The notes beneath the pieces are model-generated. The model was not told the DNA's origin and searched no databases. It worked only from the letters and a program-made list of their open reading frames with translations. From Lama guanicoe (lineage: Eukaryota): 20,000 nt of DNA. The stretch is from positions 205,032 through 225,031 of the forward strand of contig MU053347.1 in NCBI GenBank assembly GCA_013239625.1. The letters are read 5' to 3'. Below, in pieces: positions 9,650 through 20,000 of this stretch; position 1 is the first letter of the stretch; each line of letters starts with the position of its first letter. Both the position numbers and the translations under genes were made by a program.

Positions 9650-10453
9650 CAGTTGACCCTTGAACAACCGGGGGTTAGGGGCACCAACCCTGAGTACAGT
9701 TGAAGACTCATGTATAACTATATTATTGCAGAAAAATGTGTGACAGCTCAGTGGTACAGCTCAGTGTTATGGCTCAGTGTTACAGCTCAGTTGTGACAGC
9801 AGCCTGGATCCGGGTGAGAGACCAAGCAGCACTCGGAGAGTAGGAGAACTCAGGTTTATTATGCCAGCGGGCCCAGAGGAGTTAACACTCCAAGCTCTGG
9901 ACCCCATCTGTAGGTTTACACAGGCTTTTAATAGGCTGTCAGTTTACACTTTGCAACATCATATGCAAATAAGATATAACAATAGTTGTCTAATTAGGAT
10001 CAATCAGGAGGGAGAGAAAGAACCAATCAGGTGTAAGCTCCATGCAAATGAAGTACTACAAATGGACCAATCAGAAGTTAGGGAAATGGACCAATCAGGA
10101 ATGAAGGAAATAACCAATCAGGAGTGAGCTCAGGGAACAAATAGAATTTTAGGGGTAAGTTCCACTTTCCTAGAAGTAAGCTGTTTCAGAGGCAAAAAGT
10201 GAGATAGAGCCACTGGGCCAGGAAACTGGATGGTGCTGGCAGGAGAGTAGTGGCCATGCCTGGGGGTCCTGCCGGTCTTTTTTATGGGGCTTCCCACCTC
10301 AATATAACCTCTGTATCCACAATTCATCCATAGTTGAATCCACAGATTCAACCAGCCACGCATCATGTAGGACTATAGTGGTTATTTATTGAAAAAAATT
10401 CGCATGTTAGTGGACCCATGCAGTTCAAAGCCATGTTGTTCATAGGTCAACTA
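9650..10453. mobile_element. MER8 (Tigger-derived TcMar MITE) split by an LTR
   Basis: TIRs CAGTTGACCCTTGAACAAC (9650) and GTTGTTCATAGGTCAACTA (to 10453). TA on both flanks (9648-9649, 10454-10455). Confidence 0.88.
9724..10301 (-). mobile_element. ERV1 solo LTR (578 bp) with ATAT TSD
   Basis: The - strand starts TGAGGTGGGAAG. TATA-like TATTAAAA at ~9926-9933 (-), AATAAA at 9855-9860 (-), four 13-bp U5 repeats at 9739-9790, and ATAT at 9720-9723 and 10302-10305. R region resembles that of the 728-1192 LTR. Confidence 0.88.
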
Positions 10454-11789
10454 TATATACCACATCTTCTTTATCCATTCCTCTATTGATGGACATTTAG
10501 GTTGCTTCCATATCTTGGCTATTTAAAAAACTGCTTCTATGAACACTGGGTGCATGTATCTTTTTGAGTTAGTGCCTTCATTTTTGTTGGAAACATACCA
10601 AGGAGTGGAATTTATGGATCATTTGTTAGTTCTGTATCTAGTTTTTTGAGAAACCTCCATATTATTTTCCATTGTGGCTGCATCAATTTACATTTCCACC
10701 AAAAGTGTACAAAAGTTCCATTTTCTCTACATCCTTGCCAGTATATGTTGTTTGTAGACTTTTTGATGATAGCCATTCTGACAGATGTGAGGTTTTGTTT
10801 TACTGTGATTTTCATTTGCATTTCTCTGGTGATTAAGGATATTGAGCATCTTTCCCTGTGCCTGTTGGCCATTTGTATGTCTTCTTCGTAAAAAGGTCTA
10901 TTCAGGTCTTCTGCCCATTTTTTGATTGAGTTGTATGTTTTTTCAATATTGAGTTTATGAGATGCTTATATGTTTTGAGTATTGACCCTTTATTGGTCAT
11001 ATCATTTGCAAATATTTCTCCCATTCAGTAGATTGCCTTGGTTTCGTTGATGGTTTAGTTGATGGTTTCCTTTACTGTGTAAAAGCTTTTACGTTTAATT
11101 AGATCCTATTGATTTTGCTTTTGTTTTCTTGCCAGATCCAAAAAGTTATTGCTGCAATTTAATGTCAAAGAGTGTTTTGCCTGTTTGTTTGTTTGTTTGT
11201 TTGTTTTTTTGAAGTGTTTTATGATTTTTGGTCTTACATTTAGGTCTTTAATCCATTTTGAGTTTATTTTTGAGGTTTATATGATGTGAGAAAATGTTCT
11301 AATTTCATTGTTTTACATGTAGCTGTTCAGTTTTCCCAGCACCACTTATTGAAGAGACTGTCTTTTCTCCATTGTATGTTTTTGCCTCCTTTGTCATAGA
11401 TTAGTTGACCTTAGGTGTGTGGGTTTATTTATAGTCTCTGTATTCTGTTTCATTGATCTCTGTGTCTGCTTTTGTGCCAGTATGTGTCTGTTTTGATTAC
11501 TGTAGCTTTGTAATATAGTCTGAAGTCAGGGAGCATGTTACCTCCAGCTTTGTTATTTTTCTCTTAAGATTGCTTTAGCAAATCAGGGTCTTTCATGGTT
11601 CCATATAAATTTTAGGATCATTTGTTCTAGTTCTGTGAAAACTGTCATGGGTACTTTACTAAGGATTGCATTAAGTGGAATATTTTCTGACAATTTGCTT
11701 TCAACTAAATTTACTGCATAGATTTCCACTGAAAGTTTAAAATGTTGCAACTTTTCTGGAAGGGAACTGGGAGTTCATGACAAAGGACT

Positions 11790-11920
11790 GCAAACTTTGC
11801 CTACGAGCTAGATCAGCAATTCCATTTCCAAGGATTTATTTTGAGGAGTAATTAAGAATTTGTATACAACTTTTAATCACAGGATTTTAAAGCAGTTTGT
11901 TTGCCATAGCCAAGAGCTGA
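11790..11920 (+). mobile_element. Old L1 (L1ME-like) fragment
   Basis: cagcaattccatttccaaggatttatt...gcagtttgtttgccatagccaa resembles the L1 ORF2 end/3' UTR. Confidence 0.5.
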
Positions 11921-12065
11921 TGTGTGTGCATGTGTGTGTGAATTTACTGTTTAAGTATTAACGGTAATATTTGTTTGGAAATTCTACTTGACTTCTGGCC
12001 AGATTTGAGAAATGTTCTTGTCACTATGTTTTCTGTTACATGGAAAAACCCAGATGATCTCTCAG

Positions 12066-12485
12066 TGTCTGCATCAGTAGGAGACGGTTGTTATTCTGTA
12101 ATGACCACCTTCAAATCTCAGTGGCTTAAACTAGCAAGACTGTCTCCATCTTGTACCTCGTGCCCTTTCGTTCATGCCTCTTTCTCATCAGTCGAGGACC
12201 CAGGCTGAAGGAGGGATCTGTTTCTGTGGGAGGGGAAAGAAAATGGGCTGAAGTGTACACTGCTCTTAAAATTTCTCCCAGGGAGTGACAGTGTCACCTC
12301 TGCTCATATTTCATTTGTCAGAGCCAGCCATGCGGACAGTTGTAACTTTCATGAGATAATATTTTTGCAGGTGAAGAATTGGGGCTTAATGAGAGCTTAT
12401 AATTTTCCCAAAAAAGTCAAATCCTACCTCATCCTCTTCGGTAGAGGAACCAGAATATTTGTGAACAGCCTGCAAGATGGTCACA
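12066..12485 (-). mobile_element. MLT1K/L-like MaLR LTR
   Basis: aaatctcagtggcttaaa, ggacccaggctga, gtcacctctgctcatatttcatt, gaaccagaatatttgtgaacagc. Confidence 0.7.
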
Positions 12486-12819
12486 GAGTAAACCACAAGT
12501 CTACTTCAAGCATGGGGTTAAAGGATGTAACTTCATACCGTAACGGAGGAAAACTCTCTTTCAAATAGAAAACTGGGGCTATAAGAGCCCGGAGGGTCCT
12601 TTGTGGTTCCATCTAACTGTTTGACTTTCAGCTGCAGGGATTGAAAGATGTCAGACCAATTCTTCAAGAAGGCATGTCATGAGCTAGCTTTGATTTTAAA
12701 AGAAATGCAGTTTGAGACAAGATTGATGAGGCTGTAGGAGCGGTGATGGATATTGGGGCCCAAAGACAGACCATTCAAAAGATGTGCAAGGAAATCCCCC
12801 ACCTGTTGGTGTTTTGAAG

Positions 12820-12965
12820 GATTCTCTGGACTCCTTACTATTGGCCTGGAAGGTGTGTATAAATTGGAGGAGGTCCAGGAGCTAGAATTTGGCAGAGGAT
12901 TTGTGTATCATCAACCTCTCAGCATCACACTGCCATCCCTCCCGAGCATCTTACAGAAGCAACTT
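12820..12965 (+). CDS. COL6A4: COL6A4 exon (phase 1 to 0, 146 bp): FSGLLTIGLEGVYKLEEVQELEFGRGFVYHQPLSITLPSLPSILQKQL
   Basis: gttttgaag| acceptor, CTT|GTAAGT donor. EFGRGF motif of the collagen VI N1 domain. Phase matches both neighbours. Confidence 0.92.
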
Positions 12966-12999
12966 GTAAGTTGTTTTTAGATTTTAAATTAATTAATTA

Positions 13000-13046
13000 C
13001 TTTTTTATTGAAGTATAGTCAGTTTACAATGTTGTGTCAATTTCTG
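13000..13046 (-). mobile_element. Very short camelid L1 3' tip inside a 229-bp intron
   Basis: ttttttattgaagtatagtcagtttacaatgttgtgtcaatttctg has the same type of start as the other young L1 tails in the window. Confidence 0.75.
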
Positions 13047-13194
13047 TGTGTGTTTTGACACCATCCTTCACCAGATCTGTACATTCTAATAACTTTAAAA
13101 ACCTTGAGGGAATTTTGTTTCTTTAGTGTGTCATGTGACATAGGTTCATACAGATGAAAAAAAAAATTGTATGTGATGTGGATTCTGTTTTCAG

Positions 13195-13287
13195 GATGCA
13201 ATTGTAGAAAGAATGTGCTGCAATATATATGCAAAGTGTTTTGGAGACGATGGGCACAGAGGTGATGGTGGAAGCCCTGGGAGGAAG
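13195..13287 (+). CDS. COL6A4: COL6A4 exon (93 bp): DAIVERMCCNIYAKCF-GDDGHRGDGGSPGRK, junction of the globular domain and triple helix
   Basis: ttctgttttcag| acceptor, AAG|GTGAGG donor. ERxCCxxxxKC cysteine cluster followed by five Gly-X-Y triplets. Not in the ORF track. Confidence 0.93.
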
Positions 13288-13384
13288 GTGAGGATTTGTT
13301 GGGGGGGGTGTGGGAGAGAGATGACATTTCGCATCCACTGCACACCAGTCTGTGTTATGCCTTTAACATGCCTTTTTTAGTTCT

Positions 13385-13520
13385 GTGCTCTTTACAACCT
13401 ATTTTACAGGTGTGAAATCGAGACTCAGAGAGGGAACACCACTTTCCCCAAAGTTGCATGGTTGCCAAGAGATATTTTGGGATTTAAGCCCCTATGTCTC
13501 CCTGACTCCAAGGTGTACTT
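13385..13520. mobile_element. MIR fragment
   Basis: cctattttacaggtgtgaaatcgagactcagagagg...cactttccccaaagt...gggatttaagccc...ctgactccaagg matches the MIR core. Confidence 0.75.
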
Positions 13521-14637
13521 CCTGTCCACCCTATTGTGCTGTCTACTTATATTTATTCTACAGACACTTTCCCTAACTCTAGGACTGATTGGTAGGAAAA
13601 AGATCACTTCATGCTTTTCAGGGAGAATCTTGTTAGAAACGGTCCTCAGCTATCCAGGGACACACGGGACGACAACTTTACGATGGGGGTATAATCAATC
13701 ACCAATTCACGTGTAAGGTTGAATCACACCCATGGGCTTTCATGTTCTCTTGTTGTAAGGTTTCCCATGAGGTGGTTGGAACGAGCTCTTCCTGCCTTTG
13801 CAGATCAATCTTTATTTTGAACAGTGTATAATTACTTTTTGAAAAATAAATTATAATTATGCCCCAGCACTAGAATTTTCTTCCCTCTTGTTTTTCTTAA
13901 ATATGGGATTGGAGGTTCAGAAAATCAAGCCTGGGAATCTCTTGACATGTTTTTTGGCAACTTGAGGACCATGCCTCAAAGGCCAAAGACGGGAGTGTCC
14001 TGAATTCTTGACTTCTCTGCTCAGAATTCAGTGCTTGGTCATGTTACTTTCAAATCTTTGTTAATTACAAGGAGACTATGGTTCCCACATCTTGTTGACC
14101 AGGTTTTCGACTAAATAAAAACCTCTGGCTATAAAATGTTAAGCCAAACTTCCTTGACAGGAAATGGTTTGTGGGTTTAGTTATCTAAGAAGAGTGAAAA
14201 AAAGAGAGACTAAACAGTTTAGTCACACAGAGATAAGCAACCATTTCTCACAAGTAATGCGGACTATGACACCTTTGTTTACTGACGTTTTGTAAAACCA
14301 GCTCAAAGCCCCCTTTAAAGTAGTAGTCTTCCTGAAATGTTTAATTAGAAACTAGTTTTGGCTTTTGTTTTCACAATAGCATGGCTTAAAAGATATTTTA
14401 GAAAAATAAAAATAGGCTGGGGTCCCGGACTATAAAGACAAACAGGTATGCAAGTTTCACTCTAAGACAGGCCAACAGTGTCTCTACGTCTCTGTGTTAC
14501 ACTCCACATTTAGTAGAATCTCAGTAAAACATCAACTAAGTGAAACAAGGGTATCTATTAATAACCATTTTTAGTTCACATAGATTTGAGAAATGAAAGA
14601 TTTGGAGTCCAAATTTTTTATTTTGATTTTTTCTCAG

Positions 14638-14691
14638 GGAGAGAGGGGTTTTGATGGATTACCTGGTCACCCTGGTGAAGAAGGTGGTCCT
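14638..14691 (+). CDS. COL6A4: COL6A4 54-bp triple-helix exon: GERGFDGLPGHPGEEGGP
   Basis: ttttttctcag| acceptor, CCT|GTAAGT donor. Six perfect Gly-X-Y triplets, canonical collagen exon size. Confidence 0.95.
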
Positions 14692-15411
14692 GTAAGTACT
14701 GAATCTGTTTTTCTCTTTGAGGGAGTATGGTAAATGGGTCATCTATTAGGAATACTTAATTGCATTAAGCCATCAAAGTTCTTCACATCCATGCCATTTA
14801 AGGTGGAGCCATTTAAGTTTAAAACATCTATATAAAAATAATCATCTGTTACAACAAATGTTTGGTGAACTGAGTTTGTAAAGATATAATCTCCAGAAGG
14901 TGTTTTGTGATGAAGTATGGTCATTTTGGTTTTCAGTCAGTGATTCTTGGACAACTGAAAATGTGCTCTGTGTCTAACAGGCATACATTGAAGAGTAGTT
15001 CTTAATCATGAGCTGAATAACAGGTAGTTTGTTACCATTAAGGAGATAGCCATGCTTGTAAGTGGTTTAACAGAATCAATTAAAGAACTAAGGCTGTTCT
15101 TACAACAAGATCACTCAGATGCCTTCCTGAGTGACTGAAAAGGTGATGGAGTTGTCATCACCTGCTGACAATTTGTATGTAACCCTGGATACATCCCTGG
15201 GCAAAGAAAAGTTACCACATGATTGGCTGTGGAGAACAATGCCTGTTACAGAGACAGTTGTTAGCTTGGGGACTGGAATGTGGTTGAGACCATCTTTATT
15301 ACATCATATAAATACTGAAAGGATTTTAAAAGCCCATCATTTTCAGTTAATTTTAAATAATGGAAAACCACTTACCCACAGGGGTCAATTTTAAAGCTGA
15401 CTTGTATATAC

Positions 15412-16165
15412 TACTGATTCTTACACTTTGTGGTCTCAAGATAGCTTTGCATTCTAAAAGATTATGGAGCTCGAAGAGCTTTTGTTGGTGTGGTTTCTAG
15501 CTACCGATATTTACCATGTTAGAAATTAAAATCGAAGTAATATAAAATCATTTATTTTCTTTCAAAATAATAAAAATGAACCCATAACATAAATCACATA
15601 TTCCTTCATGAAAAACAACTATTTTCCCAAACAAAATACATTAGTGAGAAGAGTGGCATTGTTTTATGTGTTTTTAAATGTCTTTAATGTCTAGCTTATT
15701 AGAAGGCAGCTGGATTGGTATATCTGCTTCTGTATTGAGTCTGTTGTGATATCGCTTGCTTTGTGACCTCTTAAAAACTACTGTACACAGACATAGAGAA
15801 CAAACTTATGGTTACCAAGGGGTAGAAGGGGTGGGAAGGGATAAATTTGTAGTTCAAAAATTGCATCTCTTGGGGAGCGATGGAAGTGTTAGCTGTCTAA
15901 TTTGTGGTGGTGGTTTCATGGGTGTACACATGTATCAAAATTCATCAAATTGTACATCTGAAATATGTGTAGTTTACTGTACAAAAATTATACCACAATA
16001 AAGTTTTTTTAAAACTCTGCTGCACACTTGGGAAAGAATATGAATGAAAAAGGAAAAGACAGCATTTTAGTGTAATTGGGAAAAAAGTTTTAACTTTGTG
16101 AGCATCCCCTCCCAAAGGGTCTTGGGGGCCTGAGGGGTCTTTGGGCCAAACTTTTCACACTCCTG
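15412..16165 (+). mobile_element. hAT-Charlie element (MER119-like) with 8-bp TSD, interrupted by L1
   Basis: Ends resemble recalled MER119. Flanked by GTATATAC (15404-15411) and GTATACAC (16166-16173). Confidence 0.8.
15787..16010 (+). mobile_element. Chimeric L1 3' insert within MER119
   Basis: The 5' part matches the young camelid L1 3' UTR. The 3' part is L1MC/MD-like and ends aataaagtt. Degenerate TSD at 15773-15788 and 16011-16027. Confidence 0.7.
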
Positions 16166-16700
16166 GTATACACAAGCATTAGTGTTTTAATTGCCCCAGT
16201 TAGAGTAGTCTGTTGATTATTAGAATCTTTAGGTTGCCTGAGCTTGGAAAGGAAGCAGAAATTAGAGAAAAATGCAGCCACTGAGATTTGTGTAAGCCCA
16301 CCCTTTTCTTTGGTGATGTTTGTGGGAGAATCACTCCACTTTCCTCTTTATTTTGCTTCAGTAAGCGTAGTCTCAGATGTTAGAAATACGTTCAGAAGTG
16401 TGAATTGTGAGCTTCCATGATTTTGCTGAGTAGTAGTGAAATTATTTCTTCCTGTTTTTACAATGTTTTAAAATGTCTTTTAAGTGTTATTTTTTCTGCT
16501 TGGCCTCTGGTTTCATAATATGCCTGATCAAAGTTAAGAGAATAACTTAAGGTCTGACCAGCCCATTAGGACCACTGACGCCAATTTGAGACAACTTGGA
16601 TAAGCCAGCAATGCCTGTCTAGGGTGGAGGATGATTTTGTCCCCTTTCTCTGCTGTCTCAACATCTCAAAACCAACATATTTTATAAAGACCGTCTAGTA

Positions 16701-17005
16701 CAGAGCTAGAAATAGAATGTGAGTGACGTATGTAATTTTATATAATGAAAAAGTTTTTAGTAGCAAACTTAAAGAAAGTTAAAAAAAAACAGGCAAAGTT
16801 AACTTTATTAGCATATTTTATTTAACCCAGTATATCCAAGATGTAATCATTTCAACATGTAATTAATATAAATATTGATGAGATAATTTACTTTTAAAAA
16901 TATGCTACTTTGTAATCCAGTGTGTATCTGCATTTTGAGCTCAATTGGACCAGACACATTTTAAGGTCTCAACAGCCACCTGTGGTTACTGATTGTGACA
17001 CTGCC
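16701..17005. mobile_element. MER33-like hAT-Charlie element
   Basis: atattttatttaacccagtatatccaa, atcatttcaacatgtaat, aatccagtgtgtat, cagccacctgtgg. Confidence 0.8.
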
Positions 17006-17082
17006 TTCTGTAGGACTCATTCTCTTTTTGTTTCATTTCTCACAAGAGAGGTGACTTCAAACTACATCACCCTCTGAGTGGC

Positions 17083-17437
17083 TTTTTTTTTTTAATTGAA
17101 CTATAGTCAGTTACAGTGTGTCAATTTCTGGTGTACAGCATGTTTCAGTCATACATATACATACATATATTCATTTTCATACCTTTTCATTATAGGTTAC
17201 CACAAGATAGTGACTACAGTTCCCTGTGCTGTACAGTAGAAACATGTTGCTTATTTTATATATAGTATCTACAAATTTTGAACTCCCAATGAATAGCTTT
17301 TTTAAAAATTGAGGTATAGTAGGTTTACAATGTTGTGTTAATTTCTGGTGTATAGCATATTGATTTGGTTATACACATACATATATATTATTTTTCACAT
17401 TCTTTTTCACTATAGGCTATGACAAGGTATTGAATAT
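17083..17437 (-). mobile_element. Two tandem camelid L1 3' ends
   Basis: Two successive T-tail plus aattga(a/g).tatagt starts (~17083 and ~17298). The second runs into the gap. Confidence 0.85.
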
Positions 17438-17629
17438 NNNNNNNNNNNNNNNNNNNNNNNNNNNNNNNNNNNNNNNNNNNNNNNNNNNNNNNNNNNNNNN
17501 NNNNNNNNNNNNNNNNNNNNNNNNNNNNNNNNNNNNNNNNNNNNNNNNNNNNNNNNNNNNNNNNNNNNNNNNNNNNNNNNNNNNNNNNNNNNNNNNNNNN
17601 NNNNNNNNNNNNNNNNNNNNNNNNNNNNN
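17438..17629. other. Assembly gap (192 N)
   Basis: Run of N. Confidence 1.
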
Positions 17630-18059
17630 AGTATAACAAGGCTTTTAATGTCACTTCTCCGCAAAGCAGATCAGGCTGGTCTCCTCTATGGCAGAGACAG
17701 CTCTTGCTGGTGGACAGGTTTCAGAATCTGCCCAGAATTCGTAGGTTCAGGAACGTTCAAAGTGTAAGGAAGACAGATAACAAACTCATTGTTCCCATTA
17801 TCTTTCCATCCCCGTTCCCACTTCCCAAATAGCAACAACAACAAACCCAGACACAGCCCTTAGTGTTGCAGAACAGCAGTCACCCTCTAGGACTCTGTGG
17901 GTGGCGAAGCTGAGAGGGGAACGGTGGGCAGTCCTATGCTGGGTGTCTAGGGTATCAGCTGGGCTGGAGGACCCGAAGTGACTTCCTTTCCCTGCCCTGG
18001 TGAGCTTCGGATGCGAAAGGGCAGGTAGAGGTGGTCCTGCAAGGCTGCTGGGTCTCACA

Positions 18060-18314
18060 GGGAGTGGCAGACTTGAGAGGGAGCAACCAAGGGATCAGCC
18101 TGAAGCCACCGGGCTCTGAGCATGCTCAGAAGTCAGGCGGTAACTTGCCGGCCACAGTCTGCTGGGTCCAAGGGCGTCACTAAGTCCCGACCAGATTCAA
18201 GAGAAGGTGGGTGATCAGAACCCTCGTCTTGAGACGGGAGTGCAAGGCCATGTGCATGGCAGGAGAGCTTGGAGCTTTTGGTGTGGCCATCCTTGGAAAG
18301 CACAATCGGTCAGA
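18060..18314 (-). mobile_element. MLT1 (MaLR) LTR fragment
   Basis: gtcactaagtcccgaccagattcaagagaagg...ctcgtcttgagacgggag...ggccatccttggaaagcacaatc matches the recalled MLT1 end. Confidence 0.7.
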
Positions 18315-18574
18315 CTCACGAATTCAGTGTATTTTCAAAATTTACCTACTGTGAGATGGTGGTTTAAATATGCACTGGTCACACATGAAGCCTTCATTAG
18401 ATAGTACAAAAGTCAGCTTATCTATGGTCACAAAAAATAGTTACGTAAGAAAACCGGCATGCCGCGAGGCAAGGGACGCCTTCTCGCGAGAAACTGGCAC
18501 CTGGCTCTTGGCATCTGCCCGCCCTTCCACAGGCGTCGCCCTCTTCCTCTTGGAACTTCAGCTTCCTGCCTCTT

Positions 18575-18715
18575 GAAGTGTACGGACTGTGTTGTTTCCT
18601 CATCTGTGTGGAAGGATAGCCCTATCTGCCTCCTAGGTGTGCGGACTGAATGAGCCAAGGTGTGAAACGCACTTGGAACAGCGTCCAGCAGGGAGCAAAC
18701 GCTGTTACTGTTGGT
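18575..18715. mobile_element. MIR fragment
   Basis: gtttcctcatctgtgtggaagg...gactgaatgagccaaggtgtgaaacgcacttggaacagcgtccagca. Confidence 0.7.
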
Positions 18716-19558
18716 GGTGCTTTTCCGGCTGCTCTCTGACTTGAACGTCCAACCCCGTGCCCAGGACGCATCCTCTGAGTAAGCGCGGGGCTCGTCCAAC
18801 CTGCCTTTCCTCCGAGCAAGCTTCCTCCAGGGCCGGCACCAGGCCACCTTGCTGCAAACCATTGGCCACGGATGGGGGAGGATTGGTCACCGCACCCAGG
18901 GGAGAACATCATTAAGACACACAACAAGGGGCGCAGATAGTGGGGGGAGCATCCCTGGGACCAGCAGTGCCGCTGGAAACCAACTAAAAGCTCTAACAGT
19001 AAACAGCGTTTATGACTTTTAACAGCAGCAAGAAGCATCACAGACAACATGGCAGTAAATGACTAAAAGCAGGCGTGAACGTGATGAAAGTTTAATGGAA
19101 AACACAAAGGAGACTGGGTAATGGGGCCAAATGGAGTCACCCACCATCTTCGTGGATGGGAGATTCAGCGTGGGAGAGTCCAGGCTCTGTCAGGCAGAAC
19201 TGCAGTTCAGTGCGGTGCCAGTATGGAGTCAGTGGGCGTGACTTGGTCCTGCTGTTGGGCTGAGCGATGCTGGTGTTTTGGGGAGCCTGCCCCACAGATC
19301 ACGGGGACAGCCCTCAGCGTGGTGTTTAAAAACAGAGCAAGGGCTCTAAGAAAGGACTTCAGTGCATATGAAGATTAGTGTGACGTAGGATTAATACCTG
19401 GCGTGAGACAAGTGGTCCTTCATGGGGTGTAAGAGGAGAGAGCACTTCACCCCACACAGACCAGAGTTGCTGCAGATGCAAGAGCCAACCGTGAGCGTTT
19501 AGTTATGAAAGTTTGAGTAGTAACAGAAGTCATATGGAAACAACACATAGTTTGTTAC

Positions 19559-20000
19559 TGTTTTTATTGAAGTACTGTCAGTGACAATGTGTCAATTTCT
19601 GGTGTAGAGCACAATGTTCCAGTCATGCGTACATACATAGATTTGTTTTCATAGTCTCTTTCATTAAAGGTTATTATAAAGATATTGAATAGTTTCCTGC
19701 ACTATACAGAAGAAACTTGTTTTTCAATTTATTTATATATATTAGTTAATATTTGCAAATCTCAAACTCGCAAATTTATCCCTTCCCACTCCCTATTCCT
19801 GGTAACCATAAGGTTATTTACTGTATCTGTGAGTCTTTCTGTTTTGTAGATGAGTTTATAGTGTCCTCTTTTTTCTTTTTTTTTTAGATTCCACATGTAA
19901 GTGTTATCATATGGTATTTTTATTTCTCTCTCTGTCTTACTTCACTTAGAATGACAATCTCTAGATCCATCCATGTTGCAGCAAATGGCATTATTTTATT
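19559..20000 (-). mobile_element. Young camelid-type L1 3' UTR, runs off the window
   Basis: tttttattgaagtac...ggtaaccataag...ttttagattccacatgtaagtg...tagatccatccatgttgcagcaaatggcattatttt. Confidence 0.9.

Larger units (their letters stand above)
9180..11674 (-). mobile_element. L1 (3' UTR plus end of ORF2), interrupted by MER8 and an LTR
   Basis: L1 3' UTR motifs. ORF 10612-10872 (-), MANRHRERCSISLITREMQMKIT...RMAIIKKSTNN, is the degenerate L1 ORF2 C-terminus. Confidence 0.92.

Noticed and set aside
9739..9790. Four 13-bp repeats as a CRISPR-like array
   Set aside because: No spacers, mammalian context, and they lie in the U5 region of an LTR.
7081..14691. Assignment to COL6A5, COL6A6 or COL6A3
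   Set aside because: Motifs LLPELMQ, DSGFEKYSD, QELEFGRGF and GLPGHPGEEG fit recalled Col6a4 much better than COL6A6 (VVVGFDVS, IEFGKGF).
16110..16150. G-rich stretch as the next collagen exon
   Set aside because: It is the terminal region of the MER119-like element and lacks an acceptor, a donor and a sustained Gly-X-Y register.
17798..19378. Cluster of 60-144 aa ORFs on both strands
   Set aside because: Expected in GC-rich DNA. They overlap MIR and MLT1, show no recognisable domain, and have no sustained Gly-X-Y pattern or convincing exon structure.

Overview
Mammalian genomic DNA, probably camelid judging from the repeated young L1 3' ends. It has two assembly gaps (6983-7063, 81 N; 17438-17629, 192 N). 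The + strand carries five phase-compatible, stop-free exons of a collagen VI alpha-4-like gene (COL6A4): the last N-terminal VWA domain, the cysteine cluster, and the start of the Gly-X-Y triple helix, including a classic 54-bp exon. The rest is mostly transposon debris: the 3' end of a class I ERV (env remnant with SU deleted, PPT, 3' LTR) inserted into a MER34-like LTR, several solo LTRs, a nested L1>MER8>LTR structure, hAT-Charlie elements, and MLT1, MIR, L2 and L1 fragments. The most unusual observation is a largely repeat-free 2.7-kb stretch (2145-4859). On the - strand it reads as about 10 exon-like blocks with short introns, a signal peptide and a ZP-N-like cysteine pattern, riddled with stops. 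This is a candidate unannotated, decayed secreted-protein gene antisense to COL6A4. Repeat family names and protein comparisons come from recalled consensus sequences, not from a database search.
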